A DNA stretch of 64,000 bases from Paragordius varius. Taxonomy: Eukaryota > Animalia > Nematomorpha. A model generated the notes under the pieces. That model was not told the origin of the DNA, did no database searches, and saw nothing but the letters and a program-made list of their open reading frames with translations. Position numbers and translations under genes: made by a program. Positions 50,601-63,080 of this stretch are shown piece after piece (the stretch's first letter is position 1; the number at the start of each line of letters is the position of its first letter). The stretch lies in assembly GCA_964247055.1 (NCBI GenBank), contig OZ176054.1:7192001-7256000 (forward strand), given 5' to 3'.

Positions 50601-53600
50601 TTATTTTTAAACGATGATATTCTAAAGTTGCAGTAATACATATTAGAAAGTTGTGTGATGCCGTTATCAGTTTAAAATATTCTAAGCGCCTTTTCATCTT
50701 ACAATTAAATTCTGTTTAACTGGTTTTGCTAGAAACAACGCGTTTACCACATATTCTAAAAAATGTTTTATTATTCAATTCATAATCTTATTGGAATGGC
50801 TAATCAAAATATTATCTTTACTTTGTGTAAAAAAACCCAAAGAATAATTAAAAAATGTTTAAGCTAGTAAGATATTTATTGCGACTTCAAATTGGTATTT
50901 GGAATTATTTTTAAGTTTTTGTGTATACTAATAACAAAAGTGACTTACCAGTTTACATTTTTTGATGTACCATAAGTCAGACGATAATGTCACATTTAAT
51001 TTGTACACATCCCAATTTGCATAAATGACAAGTTGACCTGTGTTGAAAATTATTTAGTTCAAATGTTTCAAAGTAAATTAAAATATATTCAATCAAATAG
51101 ACCTATGAAACAAAGAAAAAGGGTATCGGTCGCGTTGAAGAAAAGAAAGCCATTATGCTAGAAGAAGGACACATGGATGACGGTTTTATATTTTCGATGG
51201 CTTTGAACGAAGAAGCACGTTCTGCATGTGTAATCCGAAAATGTATCGATGTGTTTCAAACATTTTTAAAGTATTTTAGAAACACAATATATTTCATTTA
51301 ATATTTTTTAAAGATCTGAAGAATTAATGTTTTATAATGCGCAACCCATAATAGCTTATTTAGACTACAATTTACAAATAAAAGTAGTGTTTTTAATGGA
51401 ATGAATAATTAATATATAATTAGAGGAATATAAGCCTATCAAAACTGTTTCTTAGCAGGGGTGTCCAACACACGGCCCCTAAAGATATTATGTGCGCCCC
51501 ACGAAAAGGGAAAAATTATCAAATAATTTAATATTTCACTTAAAAATATGTTCACAAGATTTTAGTAAAATTTTTTCAGTTGTCAACGAACTAATTAAAT
51601 AGTGAAATAAATAGAAGTTATATATTATTTTCCCATCACAATCTTATGTTAAAATTTTATATTAATACCCCTATATTTTTCGAATGCGGCCCGCCAGATT
51701 TTCAAAGTCAAAAAAGCGGTCCGCCGATTTGAGTTGGACACCCCAGGCCTAGAGTTTAATTCTTTACGTTTAATTATAAATATCTGTGTTGACCATGTAA
51801 TAAGTTTACAGGTTTCCTAGCAAAGGAAAAAAGAAAAAATAAATTTCACCATTTGTTTATATTCCTCTAGCAATCTAATTGAAGTGTACCATGATAAAGA
51901 AGTTGACATCGATTGCGAAGAAATATCGAGATTTTTGGGCGATTTGATTGAATATTTTAAATCGCCGTCTGAAAGAATGAGTAAAATTTATATATCTAAT
52001 ACATTCAGCGCATGAAGAAAGACAAAATGTTTTGAAAGCGCTCAAAAATCGGCAAGACCTTTTTCAAGAGGAAGGAATTATTAATTTGTTATTGGAAACA
52101 ATCAATAAATATGGATTTTCTGATTTGAATGGAAAACTTCAAATGGTTGTTAATGAAACGGATGTAGAATATATAAACATTATTTCCAATCAATTATACA
52201 TTTTTCTAGCTTCCGTAATTAAGGGGAATAGCTCAAATTGCGCTCATTTTGCACAAGCTAATAGGTTAGACTGGCTTTTCACTCAGATAGAAAATCAAAG
52301 TGCTTCCAAAGGTAATTAATATTTATTTTATCTCTCTCAGGTGCTCTAGATGTGTTAAACCATATTGTTGGGGCTAGTCCCGAGGTTTTGAATATGATCA
52401 CGGCTGATCATATTAAAGTTATTATTGCTATGTTGCACAAACAAGGCAGGGATCCCGAAATTTTAAAAGTTCTTTGCTCTTTATGTGTTGGGAACGGAAT
52501 CGCTGTACGTAATAATCAAAGACTTATTTATGAAAACCTTATTCCATTGAAACAAATTTTGCTCGAAACTCGGTTACTTGAATATGTTATTTGGTATGAA
52601 ATGAATATATTTTAGCGTTCGAGCGAACATTGAAGTTGGGCTGGTACCCAATTCATCCATGTATGCAAAATGGTATTTTGAGGTGGCAATCGATCAAACA
52701 CCACCCCCTTTATTAAACATCTCTGAAAATTATTTGAGGGTTGGATGGGGTAACACCAGAAGATATACTGAAACTACAGGGCCAGGTCCCTTTTGGGGTC
52801 TAACTGGGGTGGGGGACGACCATTATTCTTATGGATATGATGGGTCAAACTTATTTTATGGTATGTAAAATATGTTTTATAGATATAAATTTTAGGAGGG
52901 AAAAGTTACTCACTTAATCAATCTTCTGAAATATCTTCGCAGAAATTTGTGAAAGGAGATGTTATAGGGTGTCTGCTCGATTTACAAAAACCCGAAATAT
53001 CTTTTACATTGAATGGCCATAAAATTAATGCCAAATTTAAACATTTTTCTATACATGGTATGTTTTTCCCAATCATCAGTATGTCTTCGTTCGTTAGGTA
53101 TTTTATTTGCATTTAATGAAATATTTTAGCGCAAGATTTGTTTTTGGAGACGATCAAGGTAAATTGAAATACGGTCCGCCAACGCAATTCGCACCATTGT
53201 CCGAAAGTCGTTCGTGGAGAGATAAAATTCACATTTTTGCCATGGGAAATTTTTCTGATGTAAAAAAGGGTTTGTTTACTGGACCCCTTTCCAGACGAAT
53301 GTGTGAAGACCCATTTATTCCTTTTATCATACCGATACAAAATGTTACATATATATCATAATAAATTATAGGTAAAAATATCACCCGAGTTAGACGAAAT
53401 AAAAATAAAATTGGCACAAAATTTGCATGAATTATGGTCAAAAGGCAAGATCGAACAAGGATGGATATACGGGCCTATACGAGACGAAATTGAAAAAACA
53501 CATCCATATTTAGTCAATTATGAGAATTTGCCAGAAATGGAGAAAGTATATGATATACAGCAAGCAAGTGACACGATAAAATATCTACTTTCATTGGGAT

Positions 53601-56600
53601 GTTTAATTAGCGTCGAAACACTTAACACTAAACCAAAGTATCAAAAACTTCCAATAAAGTAATATTTACATTTATTTTACTAACCTGAGAAAACGAGTGC
53701 TTCAGATTGAATTTAAAAATCAGAAATCACAGCGTGTAATGCCATACATGCGAAATAAATGAAATAGAAAACACAACTTGTAGTTTATATTCTTAAGTTA
53801 TAGAAAAAAACGGCTGATATAATGTATTAAAATCATGAGAAACATAAAAGGGTAAAAGTAAATGATGTAATTTGTAACCAAACTAAATTTGTTGCACAGA
53901 TAAAAACGCGATGTATTTGGAGTCAAATAAATTATTGTGTTTTTTTGAGTAGACTATATAGAAAGATCTGATATTTGTTCACAATAATCTTTGTGATGTT
54001 TCATAAACCTAATGTTATACTTCGAATTGATGAAATCACATTTAGCATTTTTAAAATACAACATTTATAAAATTAACAGAGCAACTTTGTTAAAATATTG
54101 TAAGGCATACTCTGGGTTACAAATCATTTTTTTAATTTACTTGTTTTATAATTTTTACTGAAATTAACAGCTATCAAATGGAAAATTATTACAAACCAAC
54201 ACCATTAGATTTGTCCAACATATCAGATTCAGATTTAATTAACGAACTAACCATAATTTTGGGAGAAAATTTGCACAATATTTGGGCACAAGATCGAATA
54301 AATTCTGGTTGGCGATATGGACCATTTATTGTTTGATCATATTTAATTTTATAATTTAGGACGAAAACTTGAAAAGATCACCCTTTCTCTTACCTTACCA
54401 ACATATTCCCAATTTTATCAAAATTGCTAATGAGTATATCATTTTTGATTTAATGAAAGGGACATAGCCCAAGAATCTATAAAAACGCTTTTATCATACG
54501 GATGTGTTATAGAAAGGCCTAATGGGAAAAGTTAATTTATTATATTAAAAATAGATCCCTTCCATATAAAAACTGCTATAAATAACGAAGAAAAGGTTTT
54601 TAGATGTCAAAGTTCTCATGCTGTAACACAAGGAAAATGGTACTTTTAATTACGTATTTAAAAAATAAAACAAAAAAATTAAATTATAACATTAATATTA
54701 ACTGTTTAATCAATCGATGGAGAAAATAAATGGTTAGGGCTTATATGGCATTTATGGAATGAATTATACTTAATTAACAAACTTAGCTGTTTACATATTT
54801 TTATAATTCATACACCATTTTAAAGTATAAAAAACAATATGATAACTAAGGTCGATATATTTTCAGAATATCGTTAAACTTTGTGAAAATATTGCACTTT
54901 AACATGTTTTAAAACTAAAAGTGTGGATATGGTGTTAGGTGTTTATAATTAACAATGAATAGAGGTTTTCGATGGTCAAAGGGCCAATTCTTAACATACC
55001 ATTGCAATTCAACTTGATCCGTAAACATTTTAAGTTGGACTGTGGCTTAAAATAGTTCTAAAAAATATTTTTAAAATTAAAAATGTTGAATTTGAATGAA
55101 AAATTTAGATCAAATAAAGATATTAGATTAAAAATTGATAGATTTATTTAAATTTGGTTATAAGCAAGCTTAAAATGTTTAAGGACCTACTTAAAGTTTT
55201 AAGGACCAACTTAAGATGCAAATGTATATATTGAGAGGTACGCATAAAGCTTTAATATACATGATATCTTTTTAAATTATCATCATTATCATTTGACACA
55301 TATAGGTATTATGAAATCGAAATACAATCACTTCCGGAAATGGATTCTGCAAGTCCACTTCTAAAATGTGGTTGGGGCAAATGTGATTCAATTAAAATTT
55401 CGATTATTAAAACGATGTGTTTGATTGATTTTCATAACAATAAAATTATGGATGGAAAAAATTTAGAAGATTTTAAGACAAATATTAAATGGCAAAAAGG
55501 GGATATTATAGGATGTTTGCTGGATTTACAAGATTTTACAATTAGTTATACGCATAATGGAAATCCTATTATGAATTTATCCAACCAAAAAGAAGTTGGT
55601 TTTACCAATGTAAATAATGTTGGAGATATGGGTAAATATCCAAGCTATATAAAATAGGTTTTATACCTTTGTTTTGCTTGGGAACGGAACAAAAAATCAA
55701 ATTAAATTTTGGTCAAAATGTCAAATCGTTAAAATATTTTACGAATTATGGTTTGAAGGAAGGTTATGAGCCGTTTGCTGTGTAATATATATAATATATG
55801 TTAAGAAAAATGAGCCGTAATTTATCCATGTGGAATCTAAATAATCAGGGAAAATTTGAAGATGTAATTGATGGAGACCCAGTACAAATTGTTAAACAAG
55901 GACCCAGGTATAAAAATAATTTATTGCGCTAGTGGCGAAAGTCCACCGTATTTCAAAATTCTAGGAATGTCCACGAACAAATCCATGTTGAATTGCATGC
56001 GCTTCAATATGCCAATAATCATTGGTCAGGCACCCATTTTATCACAAGAGTATACTACTTATTTTTTATAAACCAATATTTAGATTAATCAGGAAAAAAT
56101 CTTTGCCAACTTTCAAACCAGCCGATTCTGTTGAAAGTTCTCCCAAACAAAGTAAGCCAATATTCATGATGTTTAGGTTTGGAAAAAGATGATTCTACAT
56201 TTCCAGACACCCATAGATATTCTTTACGTAAGAGTCATTTTTTATTAATCAGATTTTACAATTGTTAATACCTATTAATAATAATATTAATAAAATTTCA
56301 TAGCTCACCATTTGGATACTCACCTCCTTCCCACAATCAGTAATTTTATTTTTTCTCCCGATTATTTTTTACAATGTGTTATTTTATGGAGTCCCTTTGT
56401 TCGTTTTGGTAGACTCCTATTATGATAACAGTGATAGATGGTCTTTCAGAATAAATATAGTTTAAAACCCAAGAGATATAAATGCGAAAAAATGCGTCAA
56501 ACAACTGATAAAACATGAGAACCATTAATTATCATTATTTTAATATTAAGTACGTATAATGTAACACATCGTAGTTTTAATTTGGGGTTTTCTAAATTTG

Positions 56601-59600
56601 GCATTATTAGAATTTTTGTAAAAGCTTCGATCAAAATTTTATGGTATATATAATATGTCGAAAGCTATTAAGGGCATACATTCAGAGTGGAATTAAGCCG
56701 AATTGCTAATAAAATCATGATAACAATTTATTACCTTTTATTGACTTGTTATGAAAATTACCAATTTTAAAGCTTGCAAAAACCATCCAAATTTAGTTTA
56801 TTACAGGGTACATGGAACATTTAATAAATATGACTAACATCTTTATAACATGCTACATTTACTAAGATTCGATTGCATCCAATAGTTTCCTAATCAAATA
56901 ATATATTTTTGACTGAAGCTAAATCTTAACCAAATACCCAATGTAGGTAAAATTAATTTTCGAATTTTATACAAAAAGCACAAAATTTTAAAGTGCCATA
57001 TAAATACGAATAGAAATATTTTTCCTAGTTATAGCCAAAATACTAAAAATCAATTGTTGTGTGCATCTTGGTTTGCATTTATGTATGACATTAAACCCCA
57101 ATTCCGGATTTTAATATCATAATTTAAGTATAAATGTAGATTTTCCAAAACAAACAAACAGACACCACATTTGATCACTATCTTTTTTTAAAAAATATCT
57201 ATAAAAGGTATAAAATTATGGTTTTTTATACTTTTCAATATATTATATAATGAAAGTTTAATATTAATAACATTACTTGTTTAAGTTATCTATATATGCA
57301 TCTATAAAAATAATAAATATACCAAACGAAACTTTTAAAGATGTGGAAACGGCCGAAGATGATATACCTACTAATGTTGTAAGTCAAGCTCAAAAACGCC
57401 AAAGCATGGATAGTAGACTTGAAACAAAAGCTCTCAATTCCTTTCATGCACAAAGAGGTTCAACCTTTCATACGTGGCATAGATATATTTTTTAAAAAAA
57501 ACCTAAGTTTGCAAGCGTGGTTTTATTAGATTCCCAGTAAAGTTTATATAAAAAATTAAGTTATTTGGGCCTTGAGCTTGTACAAGATTTTCTAGATGAC
57601 ATTGATTTAACAAACCCTTAAAAGTTGATTAACAATTAAAAAAATATTTTTAACTTTTATATTTAAGTTTGATTATAAGTATATCCCTTGAAAACAGTAT
57701 TAGATTCGCTACCTGAATCAGAAAAGGAATTATCGGATCATTATTATAATCATAATGTCAACCATAACAATAGCAATGAACAATCGCTTACACCCGATAA
57801 TAAAAAAGGGAGAAAGGGTAAAGAAAATAAGGAGGAGCGATCTCGAAGCCTTGTTAAAATGTTCAAAAAGTCACCCAAACCCACAAGTTCAAGATTTGTA
57901 GCCGCCGAACAAATATCTACTGTCTCAGATAAAGGTAAATATATTTAAAATAAAAAAGATTTTTTTGGGCAAATATATACCCATGATTATTATGTAGTTT
58001 GAAATAAAACAATAAATTTATGAAACGATTTTGGAATGCCCTTACAAATTGCACAAATATAAATTTAGGAAAATTATGAGTTTTTTAAAATCAATAAAAG
58101 GAATTCTATTCAGATATTTAAATTTTTTGCTTCTGTTTAGATTCTTTAACAATCAATAAAAGCCTTGATGACAGCAAACGACACACGCTTCCACCTTTAC
58201 GTCCACATTCTCTTAATCCGGAAAAAAACTCTTTAAGGTATTCATAAGAAAATTTATTCTATAGGCCATCTACCCCAACAATCGGAATGAATGTTCAATC
58301 TTTGAATGTTCCCGAGGGTGAAACATTTATCAGTAATTTTAGACGAAGTTTTAGAGGTAATTCTATAAGATATTTACATAACTGTATTTTACCTGAAATT
58401 CAGTTTAAATTTATATATCAAATTTTCATCAAACTCAAACCATAATTAATTGAGATTGTTATTGCGTCCTACCGATTTAAAGTATTTAAATAAACCTCTA
58501 TCTAACAGTTAAATATATTACTAAATAATATGGATAAAATATCGATTTAGTTTGTTAACGTATGTTACAATAATTAGCGATTCTTGCATTTTTATCCTAG
58601 CCATGTACGTCTAAAAACGTTTTTGGAACAAATTGTTAGAGACAGCACTGGTTAATTATATGAAAAATATATCAGGTTTGGGTTCTTGCTAGAAATATTA
58701 GGCGTATGTCATTTTTAATATTTTTAGTTATACTATAATTTCAGTATATATATATATATATATATTATGTAAAATATTGTAATGTGACTTAAAATTTAGG
58801 TGCTAGGAAAAAGGTTGAAGAAATGGCTGAAAAAATTTCCGCTATAGTACCTGATGTCAGTGACGTAGGTAAATGTTTATGAAAACGCTTATTCGTATTT
58901 ATAGTATGAGTAATAGATTGCTAGTTTTTCATTAATGCCAGATAGCATATAAAGCAAAGGGCAATATAATTGGCCTAAATTTTTTCGCTTTTACTGTTAT
59001 TAGCCAATAAAAAATGCCCTTTGCTACACATGCTATCTGGCAATATTTAATTTTAAATTGCAATGTATATTTATTTACTTAAACTGTAATTTACATAAAA
59101 ATTATTAATTAGAATTTCTTTCTAATAGATTCAAGGTTATTTTATGTTTCTTGAATTATATTATAGGGTATGCAAAAGGACAAAGTATGGACAAAAAAAG
59201 CCGCCCAAGTAAAATACACCTAGACCCCGAAGAAATGCCAAGTTTTTTGGGTATAAATAAGATAATAATTTATTTTATAGTGGATACTGAGCTAGAGGAT
59301 GAGTATAAACCAGAAACAATTTCATATCCTCAATCTGTAGATAGATTATTTAATTCGGAAAATCAAGATATTTTCAACCAACATGATACAAGTAAATTAA
59401 CTTTTTGGGAAGTAAAAAATATAAAATGGTTAAAATCTTTCATATTCCATATCGTAATTAGCGAAATGGAAGCCCCTGAATGACTATTATTTTGGTGTGA
59501 GACTGTTTCCGGGACAAAATTTAAAAAATCTTTTTGTTGGCTGGATAACGCCACTTTTCGATCGATGCCATGATGATTTTACGTTTGATGATGTAAATTA

Positions 59601-62600
59601 TACGGAAATTGATGTGAAAGAAGAAGGATTCCCCAAAACTAAGTATTGCTTTTTTATGAAGTTTTAAAAATGTTAATTGGTAATAAAGCGGGTTAATTTA
59701 ACAAGTGATGTCAATTTAAATTTTTTAATAATTACTCTCCAAATAAATGTTTTACTTTAAAATGTCGAATTTAGATAGACCTTACGCGCGTAAAAGATGT
59801 TTAAAAGTTATTTATGCATATCTACCAGTTAATACAATTCAGTGTGAATCAGTATATATTGCTATTTTCATTTTTGTCAGATAGCATTTTCAGTACCATT
59901 ATGATTGGCCTAAATTTTGTTCGCTTTTTTCATCCTATTAGGCAGTAGATTTGATCTTTCTTGTAAATGTGATTTGGGAATATTTAATGAAAAAATGGTA
60001 ACGTATATTTATTCACACAGATATTAGGAGTTTCATTTTTGGTCAAATCGGATGTTGAGAGTAAGTTAGCTTAAAAACGCATTATTACTCAAAACCACCG
60101 GAATAATCCATTGATAATTTAAACCATTATATAAAGAAAAAAGCATATATTATCCTGTGTCATTAAAGCGTTATGAATCGAAAGGGAAGCCCAAATTTAA
60201 TATACAAAATTTTTATTTTAAATATCAATGTTTAATTTAAAGGTAATATCCAAATTCTTACGTGGAGTTATAATTTTTAATTCAGATTTACTGTAAAAAT
60301 ATCAGAAAATGCAAAAAACTCGAGTGGCAGAAAAATTTGTTGTCTAGTGTAATAATCGAAAATGGAATTTATCGGGCAACCCCGTATGTCTTGACCTTTT
60401 TTTACTAAATGCAGAAGGACTTACACATACTTGGTGAGTCTACATTAGATGACATATTTTACCTAAATAATCTTGGGTATAGATAAATATTATTAAAAAT
60501 TGCATTTAGATTCATCAAAATACAATTTAAATGATAAAATATAAATAATTATCCTCTTTATGTGATATTTACAGGTACATATCAAGAGATTGCATACTGA
60601 TAAATGCACTAAATTTTCAAAAACATATTGAACAAGATTCTAGAGTCTCTACTTCCATCCTAATTGGTTGCTATATAAATCCTAAAAATGGTATTCTGAA
60701 ATTCACCTATAATGGTCAGGATTCGGATCATACTACGTTTCAAGTTAAAATAATATTTATATGCTATTTCATCACCAATTTGGATAATGATTTTCTTTAA
60801 AAATGAACTTAGGCTGAATTTAAATAGAGTTCAACTCTTTATTAGTTTTTTAAATGAATTTTACACTCATTATAAATTCTTGGGGTAATTTATATTTGCA
60901 TTTATATTAAAAATTTGATTATCTGCAAATTAAATTATCTTTTATTAAGGTCGATCATGGTACTATTCTATATCCCGCATTTATCTTTGAAACATCACCT
61001 TCAACCGCAAATAAAGAAATAATGACCATCGAATTGGGTGGATCTCAATCTGGCCTTAGTTTATCGAATCTCATGTTTAAGAAATCTACCAGTATATACA
61101 ACCTTGACAGTCTTTCCGTCACTTCTATGCAACAGGGTAGTTGTCCACCCATTCTAAAATTTCAAATTTTGCGCAAAAAATATTGGCAAAGAATTGCGGA
61201 GGATCCTACACGTGTTCATACGCTAAAGCTTTCAGGCACCAAAGGATGGAGCATGTTAACGGACGAAACCTCGAAAAAATGGATGGCAATCAAAGTGCCA
61301 GAAGAAAATATGTGTTATGATATATTGGAAATGGAGGAAAATCCTGAACTTTCTGATTTCCATGCAAGAACGTTAGAGCTATTATGTTCATTATGTTCTC
61401 ATAGCAATACCATCATAGCAAATTGGATTTGTGACGAATTGATTGATCAAAACCAATTTATCTATGCATTACAGTCACAACGTAAGTATATCTTATATGT
61501 ATGCAGGGTTAAAAACCTTTATTGAACCTGATGTAACCAATACTTTATTATACGGTTTTAATTGGTACTAGAAGCGGTCACACCATATTAAAATGTCTAC
61601 ATGCCATTCGATATATTAAGTCTTACTCGCTTTTGGTATAAAATAATTGGGAATTCTTTTATTTTTTAAATTTTGGGTTTAGCACTTCATTACCTTTTGA
61701 GGTAATTTTATAACCAAGGTCATTTACAATTTAAATATCTTAAAAAATATGTTTATGCTTTCTTTAGCTAGGCGCATGATGCAAAAAAAGTTTCTTTAAA
61801 TATGAGAAACTAAAAAAATCCTTATCTCAAACTATTTTGCCGCCATCTTTTATCTATCGCTAATACAGCAGTCAAATAAATGTATATGGTTAAAAAATAA
61901 ATATAATTAGCTTTGGAAAGCTTTCTAATTACAGTTTACCATCAATTTGATGTTTATAGGTTTAAATATCAGCTATTCGTTTCCATCGTTTTTTAGAGTT
62001 ATTTGTTTAGGACTCTATAGATAAAGAACTGTAAAATTTGATAATTAAATTATGACAAAACAACTTTCATTACATCAATTACTTCTTTTTGCTCTGCATA
62101 AAACTCCCCTAAAATGTGATCGCTTAAAAAGATTTAAATGTAATTCAGTGTTAATGTTGATTTAGGCCCATTAAAAAGGGCTTAACATAGAGTTCATTTT
62201 TTCGATTTGTTGTTTCTGTAGTTAAATAAGGTAATTTTAATTTTCAAAAATGAGCGTCAAAAAAAGTCTAAACTTAAGGATTTTTTATTTTAAAAAGTTG
62301 TTGTTCAATAGTTAAATGTGAAAAAGTGAGGAAAGATTTCGGACATGGCTCTTATCCTGATTCTTAAAGCTTTTTTCTTTATGTATTAAGTAACTTTTTT
62401 ATTAGTATATTTTTTATCTAAATATTATACTATTTTTTGTGTAGATTTGAATGGAAATTTTAGAATTATGTTCGCCAAACTTTTCACGATTATGTTCATC
62501 GAACCAATTTCCAAAAAATTTGAACTATCCAACAGGGAATATATCATACCCCTTACGAAGAATGTTCGAAACTTTACATTATTGAAACAACTCTCTCTAA

Positions 62601-63080
62601 CAAATTTTTTCGATGCTTTTCTAAATGCACGCATCTCCATATCATTCAAACCGAGGGGATACCTTTCATCTAAAATGTAAGTATACATTTCGTTGAAAGA
62701 TTATTAATTGTAAATTAAATCTATTGATAACCTTTAAAAAAAAAATTTAAAGGAGGAATCTTAGATACTTAATAAATTTGTTTAATAGGTGACCAAAACA
62801 AGAAATTGATTGCGTATCAGGAATGTTTTTGTATAATAAAAATACATTTTATAATTTTTATTTACGGTAACGATATCAAATTTAATAATTTCATATTATT
62901 TGAAAATTAATATTTTGCACAAAAAACTATTAGAGAAAGGATTACAAATGATTTGGACCCTCCGTCTTTTCCTATGTTACAACTGAAATATTTTGCTCTA
63001 TCATTCTTGAAAGATTCTCTAATAAAGGGAACAAATTTGAATCGAGATCCTATTGGTGGATCATATGCTGCATCATTTGG
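44640..63080 (+). CDS. RyR: Ryanodine receptor, 5' portion; the gene continues past the window end
   Basis: Exons include 44640-44696 (EDISFLRT), 46223-46342 ([11 protein letters not shown]), 47413-47517 ([11 protein letters not shown]), 48254-48319 (HRTLLYGHA), 48876-48957, 49128-49240 ([18 protein letters not shown]), 49412-49520, 49661-50346 and 51101-51270. They continue 51871-53658 (RIH, SPRY1, first RyR repeat), 54171-54639, 55306-56049 (SPRY2), a linker at 56.1-59.4 kb, SPRY3 from 59462, about 60950-61481, about 62444-62677 and 62934-63080 (RDPIGGS). Junctions near 56050 and 59.6-60.6 kb are not fully resolved. Confidence 0.97.
46710..46964. mobile_element. hAT-type MITE in RyR intron 2
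   Basis: TIRs CAGGGGTGTCCAAC / GTTGGACACCCGTG. 8-bp flanks CACTAAAC / CAGTAAAC (7/8 match). Confidence 0.85.
51456..51746. mobile_element. hAT-type MITE in an RyR intron
   Basis: TIRs CAGGGGTGTCCAAC / GTTGGACACCCCAG. The flanks do not form a clean TSD. Confidence 0.8.
58937..59041. repeat. ~105-bp imperfect palindrome (MITE-like) in an RyR intron
   Basis: GCCAGATAGCAT..GCAAAGGGCA pairs with TGCCCTTTGC..ATGCTATCTGGC. A related fragment lies at about 59876-59945. Confidence 0.7.

Noticed and set aside
44640-52600. IP3 receptor instead of RyR
   Set aside because: SPRY domains, RyR repeats and RyR-specific motifs ([25 protein letters not shown]) are present.
44640-63080. Alternative genetic code or stop readthrough to explain the broken RyR ORFs
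   Set aside because: Almost every interruption is explained by a canonical GT-AG intron, and conserved Trp, Gln and Cys positions use standard codons.
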